A stretch of 64,000 bases of DNA from Roseibacillus sp. (GCA_965242925.1 CBDEUM010000030.1:288001-352000); one strand, 5' to 3'; shown: positions 9,995 to 20,103, numbered from the stretch's first letter. Notes: generated from the letters alone by a model not told the origin. Program-made: numbers and translations.

Positions 9995-12900
9995 ATGCCG
10001 AGCGATCCGCCGCCCGCGCCCAAGCCCAACCGCAAGCGTAACTTTGCCAGGGGCCTGGAGCGAGCACGCGAACAGGCGGGGCGTGCTGCCACCTCCTTCG
10101 GTGCCTGGCTACGTCTGAAGGCCGGCCCGCAAAGCAAAAAGGCCGCCGTCTTCTGCGGTAAAAGGGCCGTAGCAGCTGGACGCAACCTGAGTGCCCTTGG
10201 CAGATCCTCTGGTATCCGCCTCAAGTCTTCGCTGGCAAGTCTGAAGGGCCTCCCGAAAAAAAACCCAACCGTTCTGCAGGCTGAATTAATGGTGGAGGAT
10301 GATCCTCCCATTCCGCAGCCTCCCATCACGCAGCCACCCATCGCGGAGCCTCCCATCGCGGAGCCTCCCATCGCGGAGCCACCCATCGCAGAGCCTCCCA
10401 TCGCGGAGCCTCCCATCGCGGAGCCTCCCATCGCGGAGCCTCCCATCGCGGAGCCTCCCATCGCGGAGCCTCCCATCGCAGAGCCTCCCATCGCAGAGCC
10501 TCCCATCGCAGAGCCTCCCATCGCGAGAGCCATCCGGAGCCTCCCATCGCAGAGCCTCCCATCGCAGAGCCTCCCATCGCAGAGCCTCCCATCGCAGAGC
10601 CTCGCGGAGCCACCCATCGCAGAGCCGCCCATCGCGGAGCCTCCCATCGCAGAGCCTCCCCGCGGAGCCTCCCATCGCAGAGCCTCCCATCGCAGAGCCT
10701 CCCATCGCAGAGCCTCCCATCGCAGAGCCTCCCATCCCATCGCAGAGCCTCCCATCGCGGAGCCTCCCATCGCAGAGCCATCCCATCGCAGAGCCTCCCA
10801 TCGCAGAGCCTCCCATCGCGGAGCCTCCCATCGCGAGCCACCCATCGCAGAGCCTCCCATCGCAGAGCCTCCCATCGCAGAGCCTCCCATCGCAGAGCCT
10901 CCCATCGCAGAGCCTCCCATCGCAGAGCCTCCCATCGCAGAGCCTCCCATCGCAGAGCCTCCCATCGCGGAACCGCCCATCGCGCATCCTCCGGCGGCAC
11001 CAGATCAACCAGCGCTTGCCGCCAGAGCCGCTTATATTCCGGGTGGAGAGTCTAAATCGCTCTCTCCCCCGACTCTTCCAGTTGCTGCCTTGACGGACAA
11101 ACTGAGCGCCCTTCGTCCCCACCTGAAAAAATTCCTGGAGGATGTTCGCAAGGGATTACTAACCCGCTGGGTCGCCCCGGTGGCCCTTCTTGTCATCGCA
11201 GCTCTCATAGGATTTTCCCTTCTCGGCAAGCTGCGGGAGAAAATCTGGACCTACTACACCGACGACCAGGGCACCCAAGCCGAAGTCAATGAAGAGAAGA
11301 CGCGCTACGTCCTCTGGCAGGATCCCGAATCCCATCTTTTCGAGGAACCAGCCCGCCCTCAAAAGAACAATAAGGATCCCGCTCCACCTTCGCCCAACCT
11401 GCCTGGCGGGAAACTCGAGGCCGCCTTCTCTCCCGACGGCACCCGGATGGTTCTCGTCCGCTGGCAGGCACCGGACTCGAACGCCGACATGTATCTCTCT
11501 AACTGGAACGGCCGAACATGGAGTCGACCCGCCCCCCTCAAGTCGCTTAACACGGAGTCCAATGAACGTGGTCCCGCCTTCTCGCGGGACGGACGCTACC
11601 TTTATTTCAGTTCCGACCGTGAGGGCGGGGCCGGTGGCTACGACCTCTACGTCGCGCTGCCCAACGGCAAGGACTGGAAGGTGCAATCACTCGGCAACGA
11701 TCTCAACTCTCAGGATGACGAGAGCGGACCCGCAGTCTCCTCCGACGACAACAGGATTTACTTCTCTTCCAACCGCTCCGGGGCCCGCGAGGAGGACATC
11801 TTCGTCGCCGAACGCATGGAGCTTGAGACCGAAAAGCAGAAGTTTCCCAGGTTCAGCGAGGCCCAAGCTGTAAAGCACCTCAACTCAAAGGAGCACGATG
11901 TGCAGGCCGCACTCACCAGGCGGGGCGAGCATGTCTTCCTCGCCTCCGACCGCGACAGCCGCGGCAACAGGGGCTACGGAGTCTACTTCAGCCGTGTGGT
12001 GGATGGCAAATCTCTCAAACCCGAAAAGGTTGACCTCTATATCAAGGACGGAAACGTAACCGATCCCGCCGTGCGGATGGATGGCTTCGACCTCGTCTTC
12101 AGCGCGGACCACGAAGCGGACTCCACCGGGGAAGGAACCGACTATCGACTCTACCGCTCCACCACCCGCGAGGTCATCGGCTACACCAACCTCTCCCGCT
12201 GGGAACAGTTCAAGGATCTCCTGGGCACGATCGGCTGGTGGATCTTCCTCGCCCTCGCTGCCCTCATCGCCCTCATCTATCTCCTTGAGAGCTGGCGTGA
12301 CATCACTAGCCTCTTCCACAAGTGCCTGGCCGGGTCGGCGGCTACCCACCTCTTTCTGCTCATCCTCTTCGCTCTCCTCGTGATCGCCAAGGAAATCGAG
12401 CAACAGAGCGATCCGCCGCCCGACGTCCTCGTCAGTATCGATGCCCTCAGTGAAGAGGAACTCGCCCTTGAGAGCATTCCGGAAGAAACCGAGATCACGC
12501 AACCGGACCTTGCCCACCAGGCGGAAAAGGCCGCTGCGAACTTCGATATCCCGGAGTTCAAACCACAGGAGGACGCCCAGGCCGTTCCCATCGACGCCGA
12601 GTTCCAGCAACAGGCCATGGACGTCGAGGTCAAGACCGCGGCCGCCAATCCCACTGAAGATGTCGCGGAACCGACCGAACCCTCCACCCTTCTCAGCGAA
12701 CTCTCCGAGACCGCGCTCCCCGAACCCGATCAACCGGTTCTTGAAGAACTTGAAGTCGCCGAGGTCCCGGAGGCCCCCAATCCCGCGGAAACTGAATTCA
12801 CTCCGGCCGAACCCCTCCCCGCTACCGAACGCAGCGAAACCCAAACTGTTGCGGATACCGCCGTAGCCACCCCGGCCGATGCTGCCGAGATTCAACCCTC

Positions 12901-15900
12901 GGAGACCATCACCGACAGCCCGGCACCCACGCCGCTCGCCGAGGTTGCTCCCGCTCAGGCCGACTCCGACCAGACGGACGCCCCGGAGGCGCTGGAGTCC
13001 GAATTGCTCGCTGCCCTTCCGGAGACCTCCCCCCTGCAGGCCGAACCGGTCGAGTTGGAAGAGAACGATCCCAGCGACAACAACAATCCGGCCAACCCGA
13101 CCCAGGACACCTTTGATCCCGCCAACGCCCTTCCGGCCACCACCAGTAAGGAAGCGCATGCCAACGCTCCCAGCGACTCCCCCGCCGAGAACCAGGCCGA
13201 GGCCTCCGAGGTATCCAACGGAAGCATCGAGACCATCACTGTCGCTGACGGTCCCGCCTCCCCGACGGGAGAGGCTGACAGCGAAAACGAAGCGCCCGAA
13301 TCAGTGACCGACTCCGCCCCGAGCCGGGACCTGCCCGAGTCCGCTCTGGTGGACACCGGCATTCCCCAACTCGAGGAAGGGGACCCTGCCGCCAACAACG
13401 AACCCGCCAATCCGGCCAACGAGGCCTTCAATCCCAGCGAGGCGCTCACTGCCAACCCAAGCGCACCAGCCGAGGGCGAGCCCATCTCAGATGCGGCCGT
13501 GCCGGACCAGGCCGAAATCGCCGAGGTCGGCGGCGGAGAACTGGCCCAGAACCCCGTCCCTGAAGCGGCCTCTCCGGTCGGAGAAGCCCGGGCAGAACAA
13601 TCCGTTCCCGAGGCCCGGATGGAGTCCGACCTCTCCGCCAACCTCCCGGTGACCGCCCTCCTCGATCCCGGCGCTCCACAACTGGACGAGGGCGAGCCCA
13701 ACCCTAACAACGAGCCCGCTAATCCGGCCAACGAGGCCTTCACTCCGGACGGGGCCACGGCTTCAACTGCTACAACTCCAGTAGATGGAGGTCCTATCTC
13801 CGACGCCGCAGTGCCCGACCAGGCTGATGCCGCCGAGGTAACCGGAGGAGCGATGGCCCGGGCCGAACCCTCCACCGGCCCGTCCTCCGCCGTCGGAGAG
13901 GCCCAGGCCGAGGAGTCCGTTCCGCAATCCCAACTTGAATCCGGTCTTTCCAGCAACCTTTCAGAGACCGACCTCCTTGATTCCGGAGCTCCCCGGTTGG
14001 ACGAGGGCGAGAACGAACCGGCCGGCGCTCCAGGCGATGAGAATTTCAAACCGGAATCGTCTTCCGCTCTTGCTTCCAGACAAGGGAGTGAAACGACGAG
14101 CGACACGGCTGAATCCTCCCAGGCTGATGCCACTGAAATCGGCAAGGGTGAACTGACCCCCAGTCAGGCGGAGCAGGGATCGGCCCAGGCCGTGGGAGAA
14201 TCGCAGGCTGAGGACGGGGCCGCCAGCGAACCCTCGGCCCTCGTCGGCAATCTCCCCGATTCCTCTCCCGTCGATCCGGGTGCACCCGCCCTTGAGGAAG
14301 GCCCCGGGAAAGCCGCTGGCGGTGGGGACGAAAGTTTCAAGCCTGACCGCAGCACCGTGACCGCCAAGCAGGGAGCGGAAACCGGAGGCGACTCTGCGGA
14401 GTCCTCCCAGGCCGACTCCTCGGAGGTCGGGCAGGGCGAACTGGCTGCCCGGGAGACCAGTGAAGGCTCCGCCCAGGCCGTGGGCGAAGCTCAAGCCACG
14501 GAAGGCCTGTCCGGCGAACCCTCGCCCCTTGCCGGCAACCTCCCCGAGTCCTCTCTCCTCGATCCGGGCGCGCCCGCCCTTGAGGAAGGCCCCCGGGCCG
14601 CCACCGAGGGCAGCGGCGACGAACCCTTCAAGCCCGGTGGCGGGGCCATGGCCACCAACAAGGCCGCGGATGCCGGAGCCGACAGCGGCTCAGCAGCCAG
14701 CAGCCAGATCGACGCGGAATCCATTTCCGGCAACGGCCTGACGGCCGAAGGTGCCAACCTCACCAACCCTCAAGATGGACTTGAGGCCGGAAGCTCCGAA
14801 ACGGTCACCGACCCAGGAGCGGTGGGCCCCATCAGCCTCGAACCCACTCTCACCGGTTCCCTCCTTCCGGGAAAACTCGAGGCCCCCGCGAATCTCGGCA
14901 CCAGCGATTTCATCAAGAAACAGCGTGGGCGCCCCTCCATGGACATCATCCAGCAACTGGGCGGATCGGACGGGACGGAAAAGGCCATCCGTGCTTCCCT
15001 GCGCTGGCTTGCAGAGAACCAGGAGGAAGATGGCCGCTGGGACTCCAAGAAACATGGTGCCAAGGGCAAATTCGACACCGGAAACGCGGGACTGGCACTC
15101 CTCTGCTTCTTCGGCTGGGGCGCCCGCCATGACCGCGAAGGGGAATACCAGGATCATGTCCAACTGGCCCTCGATTACCTCCTCAAGATCCAGAAAGACA
15201 ATGGCGACCTCAGCGGCCAGGGCCTGATGTACTGCCACTCCATCGCCTCCATCGCCCTGTGTGAGGCCTACGGCATCAGTAGGGACGAACGACTCCGCGA
15301 CCCGGCCGAACGCGCGATTGCCTACACCCTCGCGGCCCAGAGCAAGAGCAGGGGCGGCTGGCGCTACAACCCCGGCGAGGACTCCGACACCTCTATCACC
15401 GGCTGGCAGTATATGGCCCTCCACAGTGCCCGCCTCGCCGGCCTCAAGGTTCCCGAAGAAAACTTTGAGCGCGCCCGCAAATGGCTCGACCAGGCAGGTG
15501 GCGGCAGGCACGGAGGACTCTACGGCTATCAGGGTCCCGGGACGAAATGGCCTGCCATGATCGCCACCGGCATGTTCTGCCGCCAGCTCGATCTCGTCCC
15601 CCCGACCTCCCCGATGCAGATCGAAAGCGCCCGGCAGCTGAAGATGCGTCCGATGAAAACGAGCCGACCGGACTACTACTACATTTACTACGCCACTCTC
15701 GCTCTCTACCAGCACCAGGGATCCATCTGGCAGGACTGGAATGAGAGCCTCAAGGACATCCTCCCCCGGGTGCAGGAGAAGACGGGATCCAATGCAGGCA
15801 GCTGGGACCCGAGCAGCGGACTGGCCCGTAATGGTGGACGAATCACCTCCACCACCCTCGCAACCCTCAGCCTGGAAGTCTACTACCGCATTCTCCCCAT

Positions 15901-15979
15901 CTACGGCTTCCGCGGCAACGAGGACGAGGCTCCCGAACTCAAGGTTAAGGGAGAGGTCGACGAACAGGAGGACGAATAG
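9995..15979 (+). CDS. Large membrane-anchored protein: Pro-rich VNTR, TM, PD40/TolB-like propeller, TMs, acidic repeat stalk, C-terminal prenyltransferase/squalene-cyclase-like barrel
   Basis: AFSPDG, NERGPAFSRDGRYLYFSSDR (PD40); LRWLAENQEEDGRW, GGWRYNPGEDSDTSITGWQYMAL, YYIYYATLALYQ (QW-type repeats). Confidence 0.85.
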   Translation: MPSDPPPAPKPNRKRNFARGLERAREQAGRAATSFGAWLRLKAGPQSKKAAVFCGKRAVAAGRNLSALGRSSGIRLKSSLASLKGLPKKNPTVLQAELMVEDDPPIPQPPITQPPIAEPPIAEPPIAEPPIAEPPIAEPPIAEPPIAEPPIAEPPIAEPPIAEPPIAEPPIAEPPIARAIRSLPSQSLPSQSLPSQSLPSQSLAEPPIAEPPIAEPPIAEPPRGASHRRASHRRASHRRASHRRASHPIAEPPIAEPPIAEPSHRRASHRRASHRGASHREPPIAEPPIAEPPIAEPPIAEPPIAEPPIAEPPIAEPPIAEPPIAEPPIAHPPAAPDQPALAARAAYIPGGESKSLSPPTLPVAALTDKLSALRPHLKKFLEDVRKGLLTRWVAPVALLVIAALIGFSLLGKLREKIWTYYTDDQGTQAEVNEEKTRYVLWQDPESHLFEEPARPQKNNKDPAPPSPNLPGGKLEAAFSPDGTRMVLVRWQAPDSNADMYLSNWNGRTWSRPAPLKSLNTESNERGPAFSRDGRYLYFSSDREGGAGGYDLYVALPNGKDWKVQSLGNDLNSQDDESGPAVSSDDNRIYFSSNRSGAREEDIFVAERMELETEKQKFPRFSEAQAVKHLNSKEHDVQAALTRRGEHVFLASDRDSRGNRGYGVYFSRVVDGKSLKPEKVDLYIKDGNVTDPAVRMDGFDLVFSADHEADSTGEGTDYRLYRSTTREVIGYTNLSRWEQFKDLLGTIGWWIFLALAALIALIYLLESWRDITSLFHKCLAGSAATHLFLLILFALLVIAKEIEQQSDPPPDVLVSIDALSEEELALESIPEETEITQPDLAHQAEKAAANFDIPEFKPQEDAQAVPIDAEFQQQAMDVEVKTAAANPTEDVAEPTEPSTLLSELSETALPEPDQPVLEELEVAEVPEAPNPAETEFTPAEPLPATERSETQTVADTAVATPADAAEIQPSETITDSPAPTPLAEVAPAQADSDQTDAPEALESELLAALPETSPLQAEPVELEENDPSDNNNPANPTQDTFDPANALPATTSKEAHANAPSDSPAENQAEASEVSNGSIETITVADGPASPTGEADSENEAPESVTDSAPSRDLPESALVDTGIPQLEEGDPAANNEPANPANEAFNPSEALTANPSAPAEGEPISDAAVPDQAEIAEVGGGELAQNPVPEAASPVGEARAEQSVPEARMESDLSANLPVTALLDPGAPQLDEGEPNPNNEPANPANEAFTPDGATASTATTPVDGGPISDAAVPDQADAAEVTGGAMARAEPSTGPSSAVGEAQAEESVPQSQLESGLSSNLSETDLLDSGAPRLDEGENEPAGAPGDENFKPESSSALASRQGSETTSDTAESSQADATEIGKGELTPSQAEQGSAQAVGESQAEDGAASEPSALVGNLPDSSPVDPGAPALEEGPGKAAGGGDESFKPDRSTVTAKQGAETGGDSAESSQADSSEVGQGELAARETSEGSAQAVGEAQATEGLSGEPSPLAGNLPESSLLDPGAPALEEGPRAATEGSGDEPFKPGGGAMATNKAADAGADSGSAASSQIDAESISGNGLTAEGANLTNPQDGLEAGSSETVTDPGAVGPISLEPTLTGSLLPGKLEAPANLGTSDFIKKQRGRPSMDIIQQLGGSDGTEKAIRASLRWLAENQEEDGRWDSKKHGAKGKFDTGNAGLALLCFFGWGARHDREGEYQDHVQLALDYLLKIQKDNGDLSGQGLMYCHSIASIALCEAYGISRDERLRDPAERAIAYTLAAQSKSRGGWRYNPGEDSDTSITGWQYMALHSARLAGLKVPEENFERARKWLDQAGGGRHGGLYGYQGPGTKWPAMIATGMFCRQLDLVPPTSPMQIESARQLKMRPMKTSRPDYYYIYYATLALYQHQGSIWQDWNESLKDILPRVQEKTGSNAGSWDPSSGLARNGGRITSTTLATLSLEVYYRILPIYGFRGNEDEAPELKVKGEVDEQEDE
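10304..10985 (+). repeat. 15-bp tandem repeat GAGCCTCCCATCGC(A/G), about 45 units, coding mainly EPPIA
   Basis: Directly visible array with several partial units. Confidence 0.97.
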
Positions 15980-16025
15980 GGCACTCTCCTGGCCTTGGCT
16001 GGAACTTCCAGTCGACCGCCATTAG

Positions 16026-16119
16026 GGGTTGCATGCAGTTCAGCAGCGGCAGAGACACCGAGTCCCCGCAGGACATGGCGACGGCTCATGCACCAGTTCT
16101 GGGAAAGAAATTGGGCCAT
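16026..16119 (-). pseudogene. 5' remnant of a DUF1552-like gene
   Basis: MAQFLSQNWCMSRRHVLRGLGV, then after a frame change LPLLNCMQP; resembles the RR..LRG.G...LP.L..M start of DUF1552 proteins; no continuation. Confidence 0.55.
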
Positions 16120-16304
16120 TTTAAATTCCTTTCTATCTACGAAGCAGAATGAATTTCCAGCGGAGGGGCTCCGGCGAAGAGTCCTACAACACTCCTTATC
16201 TGCACAGAAATCGTCATATTTTCCATCCTATTTTCAGGGCGCACGCAATCTGCAAGCAAGTGAAAGCAAAGCGCTCCATCGCGCCTGCACCTTCCGACGC
16301 CCCG

Positions 16305-16332
16305 TTGACTTTCGCTTCCAAGACCCTACCCT
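16305..16332 (+). promoter_or_regulatory. Putative sigma70 promoter of the tRNA
   Basis: TTGACT-16 bp-TACCCT ending 7 bp before the tRNA 5' end. Confidence 0.45.
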
Positions 16333-16339
16333 CCGCCCC

Positions 16340-16433
16340 GGAGAGTGTCGCATGGCTGGTGCTGGCCGCGGTCTTCAAAACCGTTGAAACCTCGCAAGGG
16401 GTCTGGTGGGTTCGATTCCCTCCCTCTCCGCCA
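16340..16433 (+). tRNA. selC: tRNA with UCA anticodon (tRNA-Sec type)
   Basis: GGAGAG/CTCTCC acceptor, discriminator G plus encoded CCA, anticodon arm GCGGT-CTTCAAA-ACCGT, long variable arm with GCAA loop, GGG-TTCGATT-CCC T arm; 94 nt. Confidence 0.88.
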
Positions 16434-16656
16434 CTTTCTTCCCTAGTTTTATAGGTATCGAATCTCAGAGGCACCAATGGGGCACCAACTTTGTCCGCCC
16501 AGGGCAAGCAGAAAACCCCCGGAGCGCGGCGGCGGAAATGAAACGCCACGCCACCGGGGGCGTATCCCTGAAAAAATGTTTACGCCGTGATCCAGTGACC
16601 GGCGAGCCAGTCGAGGAGACAGTGGCGCGGTGCGCCTAGCTTCATGCCCTTGGAGT

Positions 16657-17250
16657 CTATCCCCTGTGTTGCTCGAGCAGGGTCATCATTAAAAGTGCAA
16701 CGAGGATACGGATTTGCTGTTGGGAATCTATTTCTGTAATAGACTCAATGGAGAATTTACCCTCCCAGAGGGCCGGCTTTTTCTTCAGGCGCATGACTGC
16801 GTTGCCATTGGAGTCAGTGATAATGTAGCTCGGGTTGGTGAAGTAGCCGGCAAAGATTCCGATGATGGGGATGCCGGAAAAAAGAGAGTCCAGAAAACGG
16901 ATCAGGACAGATTCCTCACGCACGGTGAACTCTGCAGGTTGAGCGGCATCATTGGGATAAATCTCGTAGTGCGCCCGCCACAGGGAACGCAATCCTTTTC
17001 TCCTGACACCGCCAAACTGGTTTCCCTCAGCATTACTGAAGTTGTAGGCGGCTGACCAGTCGATGACTTTATTAGCCTTGATTTCACAAAGTTTCTTTTC
17101 CTTTGTGTTATCGGTGAATACCTCGACGTGTTCCTTGAGTTTGAAGAGCTTCTGCTTGACGTAGAGCACAGGACTGCCGTCGGCATCGGTGACATAAAGT
17201 TGCGGTGAGGCTGCCAATATTTTCCGGGTGAGTTGTAAGGGATATTTCAT
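16657..17250 (-). CDS. LURP-one/scramblase (tubby C-terminal-like) family protein
   Basis: VLYVKQKLFKLKEHVEVF, RKGLRSLWRAHYEI; visibly AT-richer than backbone. Confidence 0.7.
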   Translation of the reverse strand: MKYPLQLTRKILAASPQLYVTDADGSPVLYVKQKLFKLKEHVEVFTDNTKEKKLCEIKANKVIDWSAAYNFSNAEGNQFGGVRRKGLRSLWRAHYEIYPNDAAQPAEFTVREESVLIRFLDSLFSGIPIIGIFAGYFTNPSYIITDSNGNAVMRLKKKPALWEGKFSIESITEIDSQQQIRILVALLMMTLLEQHRG

Positions 17251-17568
17251 TTTCTTGATGAAAGGTGAACGGTGATTGCGGTGACGGCGTTGTTAACGAT
17301 CGGATTTCTTTTTGAAGGCATCTAAAACTTTCGCCTGATCAGTGGACGGGGCTTGGTTATGCCGGATTTCTTCTTTGTCGGAAAATCCTTATCCTTCTTG
17401 GCTTCGTTAACCTTCCCCAATCCAAACTCAAGCTCCTTTTCGAGTCCTGCTGCTGCTTCGCCATGTCGCTAAATGAACTAAACCTCGGGGAATAGAGCAA
17501 GAAGCCTCCTTGAAGTGGTTAAACCGAGAAACAAACCGGCAACGGGAGGAAACGCGGAGGGGGAAAGC

Positions 17569-17730
17569 AACCTCACCCCGCCCAGATCCCCGTGGATTTA
17601 ACCAGGGGGGTAATCGGTTGTCCTGGGCTCCACCCCTTTTACAATTTTTCTTCGGGGTGATGTGGCCTTTCGATGGGCTGACGCGCCCGTAGGGTTCCCA
17701 CGCTTGCCGACTGCGCCTGGGGGGTGGTAG
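17569..17730 (+). repeat. Junction repeat, modules A-D-B
   Basis: AACCTCACCCCGCCCAGATCC, 89-bp D block (17611-17699), CGCTTGCCGACTGCGCCTGGGGGGTGGTAG. Confidence 0.85.
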
Positions 17731-17812
17731 TCGCCTTACAAAGGCAGCACCTATTTGTAATAGACTTGTCCGTGATGGGCGCCTTAGGGGCGCGCGTTGT
17801 CTTATAAACGAG

Positions 17813-17894
17813 TCACCCCGCCCCGATCCGCGTGGGTTGGGTCCGGCCCCCAACAAGCCCCTCTCCTCGCTTGCCCCCTGCGCCTGGGGGGTGG
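17813..17894 (+). repeat. Junction repeat, modules A-B
   Basis: TCACCCCGCCCCGATCCGCGTGG ... CCCCTCTCCTCGCTTGCCCCCTGCGCCTGGGGGGTGG. Confidence 0.85.
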
Positions 17895-18049
17895 CCGGGT
17901 TCATTTCCAGCCATTCTGGGTTGGGAATGACGCTATGAAAATCTTGGACTGCCCTCGTCGCTTCTTCGTGTCCACCCGGTTTTGATGGTGATCGGAAGGC
18001 CTTCCCTCATAGTCACCGCTACGCAGGGCTACGATAACTGCGCCAAGAC

Positions 18050-19945
18050 ATGAAACATTCTCGCACGCCCCTCGCCGTGGGCTCCCTGGCATTCGTCATC
18101 CTGGGAGCCTGGCCACCATCGAGCGCCCAGCCACTGGTCTTCGACGAGAAGATCGGCCACTACAAGAACCTGTCCTACGAAGTCCTCTCCGACGAGGGCT
18201 TGTCCTGGGAGGAGCGGGTGAAGCTGTTCGGAGGAGAGACGGTTCACTACGAAAAGCTGACAAATCAAGAGCGCGCCGCCAAAGAGGCAGAACTGGCTGA
18301 GCTGTTGCGAAGGATGAGAATTGCAGACCGGATGGTGCATCCCAATTTCAGCGATGTGGAGCGGGCTGAGAAGGCCGTGCGCACCTGGCTCGACGCGCAG
18401 CTTCAACTGATTCCGGAGGCTTACACCGACCGGGACGCCCAGAAATTGCGCCACGCCGCGTTGGGCTTCTTCCGCGCCTACGAACTGTTTGGCGACAAGC
18501 GCTACCTCGAGGCCGGACTGACCTGCAGCGATCGGATTCTCGCCGCACAATTGCAACGAGGCCACTGGGCCTACGGTAATCAGGGCGGTAAGATGATGCG
18601 TATTCAGGATGGTTTTGTTACCAGGCCGTTCTGGATCATGCTCTACGCGCACAAGCTGAGCGGAGACAAAAAGTATCTCGAATCGGCCCGGCGCGGGGCC
18701 GATGTGCTCCTCTCCGCCCAGAGCGCAGGCGGCGGCTGGCCGGATCAATGGATATTTCCCGGGGGATCGACGCCCTCGAGCGGCACCCGCAATGGGAGTA
18801 TCTCATTCAACGACAGCGCCACCAACGCGACCTTCCGCATCATGGTCATGATGTACCATGTGACCGGGGACAAGAAGTACATCGCCAAGCTCGGCAATCT
18901 GGGACCGTGGATCGCAAAGGCGAACCTGGGCAAGGGCGAGTGGGCCGGCTGGTCCCAGCAGTACCACGGCGACGGCCGACCCACGCGGGCGCGGGCCTAC
19001 GAGATCGAGTTACCGTACACCCGAGTGACGTGCTGGCACGTGGGGCCATTGCTGACCTGGCTCTACCTGATGGACGGCAACGAGGCCCACATGGAATTGC
19101 TGAAACGGGCTTATGCCTCGCACGAGCGCATTCGGGTGGAGGACCTGAATTACCTGGACGACTGGAAGGCGATAGGTGCGGTCTGGACCGATACCCCTTC
19201 CTACCCCCGGCTTCAGTATCGACCCGGTTTGCCCGATGCCTACTTGCCCGATGGTTCGAACTGGGGCTGCGTGCAGATCGCCCACAAAATGATTCCGTTC
19301 AAAAAGATTACCCCCAAACAGATCAAAGATTACGGCGGTTTGATGCACCATCATCAGCCCAACGTGCGCGAGATGGCAAAACTCGCTCGGGCCTACCAGG
19401 CACCTCCCCGCTGGAACAATATCTACCTGTACTCGCACACCTCGAGTAAGGTCGCGTACGCCATGTCGAAAGTCCGCCGGGTGCTGCTCGAGCGCAAGCG
19501 CGGCGGACGTGATGCTGTGTTGCGGTATTATTCCTACCCGACAAAGTTCACCCCCGATCAATACCTGCAGGCTCGCATCGATGCCGCCAAGCGCGTGCTG
19601 GACTATGGCAACCGGTCTCTCGCGGTCGACCGGGGCGACGGGCCGGGCAGTAGCAGCATCAGCGCGTGGGAGGACTTCGGCTGGGTGTCCCGCAAATACA
19701 AGTGGTATGTCCGTGAGGCGGCTTTCAACACGTCCGGTCCGGGGTCGGGAACGGTTTGGTACCAGTGGCAGTTCCTCTGGGACAACAAGCTGGCCCACGG
19801 CAATATCGACGCCGACGCCGCCACGCGAGGCGGGCGCGGGCTCGAGATGTACTCGAACCTCGATTCATGGGACGTGCTGGGCGAGTGGGGCATGGCCTGT
19901 CTGGAGAAGGAAAACTACTTCGATGTCCCGATCGGGAAGGACTGA
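18050..19945 (+). CDS. Secreted pectate-lyase (PL10/PelA-like) alpha/alpha-barrel protein
   Basis: Signal peptide; LLSAQSAGGGWP, ISFNDSAT and AGWSQQY...RPTRARAYE motifs resemble PL10. Confidence 0.65.
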   Translation: MKHSRTPLAVGSLAFVILGAWPPSSAQPLVFDEKIGHYKNLSYEVLSDEGLSWEERVKLFGGETVHYEKLTNQERAAKEAELAELLRRMRIADRMVHPNFSDVERAEKAVRTWLDAQLQLIPEAYTDRDAQKLRHAALGFFRAYELFGDKRYLEAGLTCSDRILAAQLQRGHWAYGNQGGKMMRIQDGFVTRPFWIMLYAHKLSGDKKYLESARRGADVLLSAQSAGGGWPDQWIFPGGSTPSSGTRNGSISFNDSATNATFRIMVMMYHVTGDKKYIAKLGNLGPWIAKANLGKGEWAGWSQQYHGDGRPTRARAYEIELPYTRVTCWHVGPLLTWLYLMDGNEAHMELLKRAYASHERIRVEDLNYLDDWKAIGAVWTDTPSYPRLQYRPGLPDAYLPDGSNWGCVQIAHKMIPFKKITPKQIKDYGGLMHHHQPNVREMAKLARAYQAPPRWNNIYLYSHTSSKVAYAMSKVRRVLLERKRGGRDAVLRYYSYPTKFTPDQYLQARIDAAKRVLDYGNRSLAVDRGDGPGSSSISAWEDFGWVSRKYKWYVREAAFNTSGPGSGTVWYQWQFLWDNKLAHGNIDADAATRGGRGLEMYSNLDSWDVLGEWGMACLEKENYFDVPIGKD

Positions 19946-19972
19946 AGAGCCCCAGCCTGAGTGCACATGGAA

Positions 19973-20103
19973 GATCCGCGTGGCGTAGCCTCTCCCCGCT
20001 TGCCGACTGCGCCTGGGGGGTGGTAAGAAGGGTTCTACCCCCACCGTTCCCCGGTTCCTCAGCCTTCAGGAATCACGGACCGAAAAAACGATTCCCTAGC
20101 AGC
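19973..20103 (+). repeat. Junction repeat, modules A'-B-C
   Basis: GATCCGCGTGGCGTAGCCTCTCCCCGCTTGCCGACTGCGCCTGGGGGG ... CCCCGGTTCCTCAGCC...GAAAAAACGATTCCCTAGCAGC. Confidence 0.9.

Noticed and set aside
10304..10985. CRISPR array
   Set aside because: Head-to-tail 15-mers with no unique spacers and no cas genes; the dispersed junction repeats are also not regularly spaced.
9778..11122. Long overlapping ORFs MGGSA/DGRLC/WEALR/SLPSQ
   Set aside because: By-products of a stop-free 15-bp repeat in all six frames.
16514..16562. CCCCCGG...CCGGGGG inverted repeat after the tRNA
   Set aside because: Single copy, long loop and no clear U tract; cannot be assigned.
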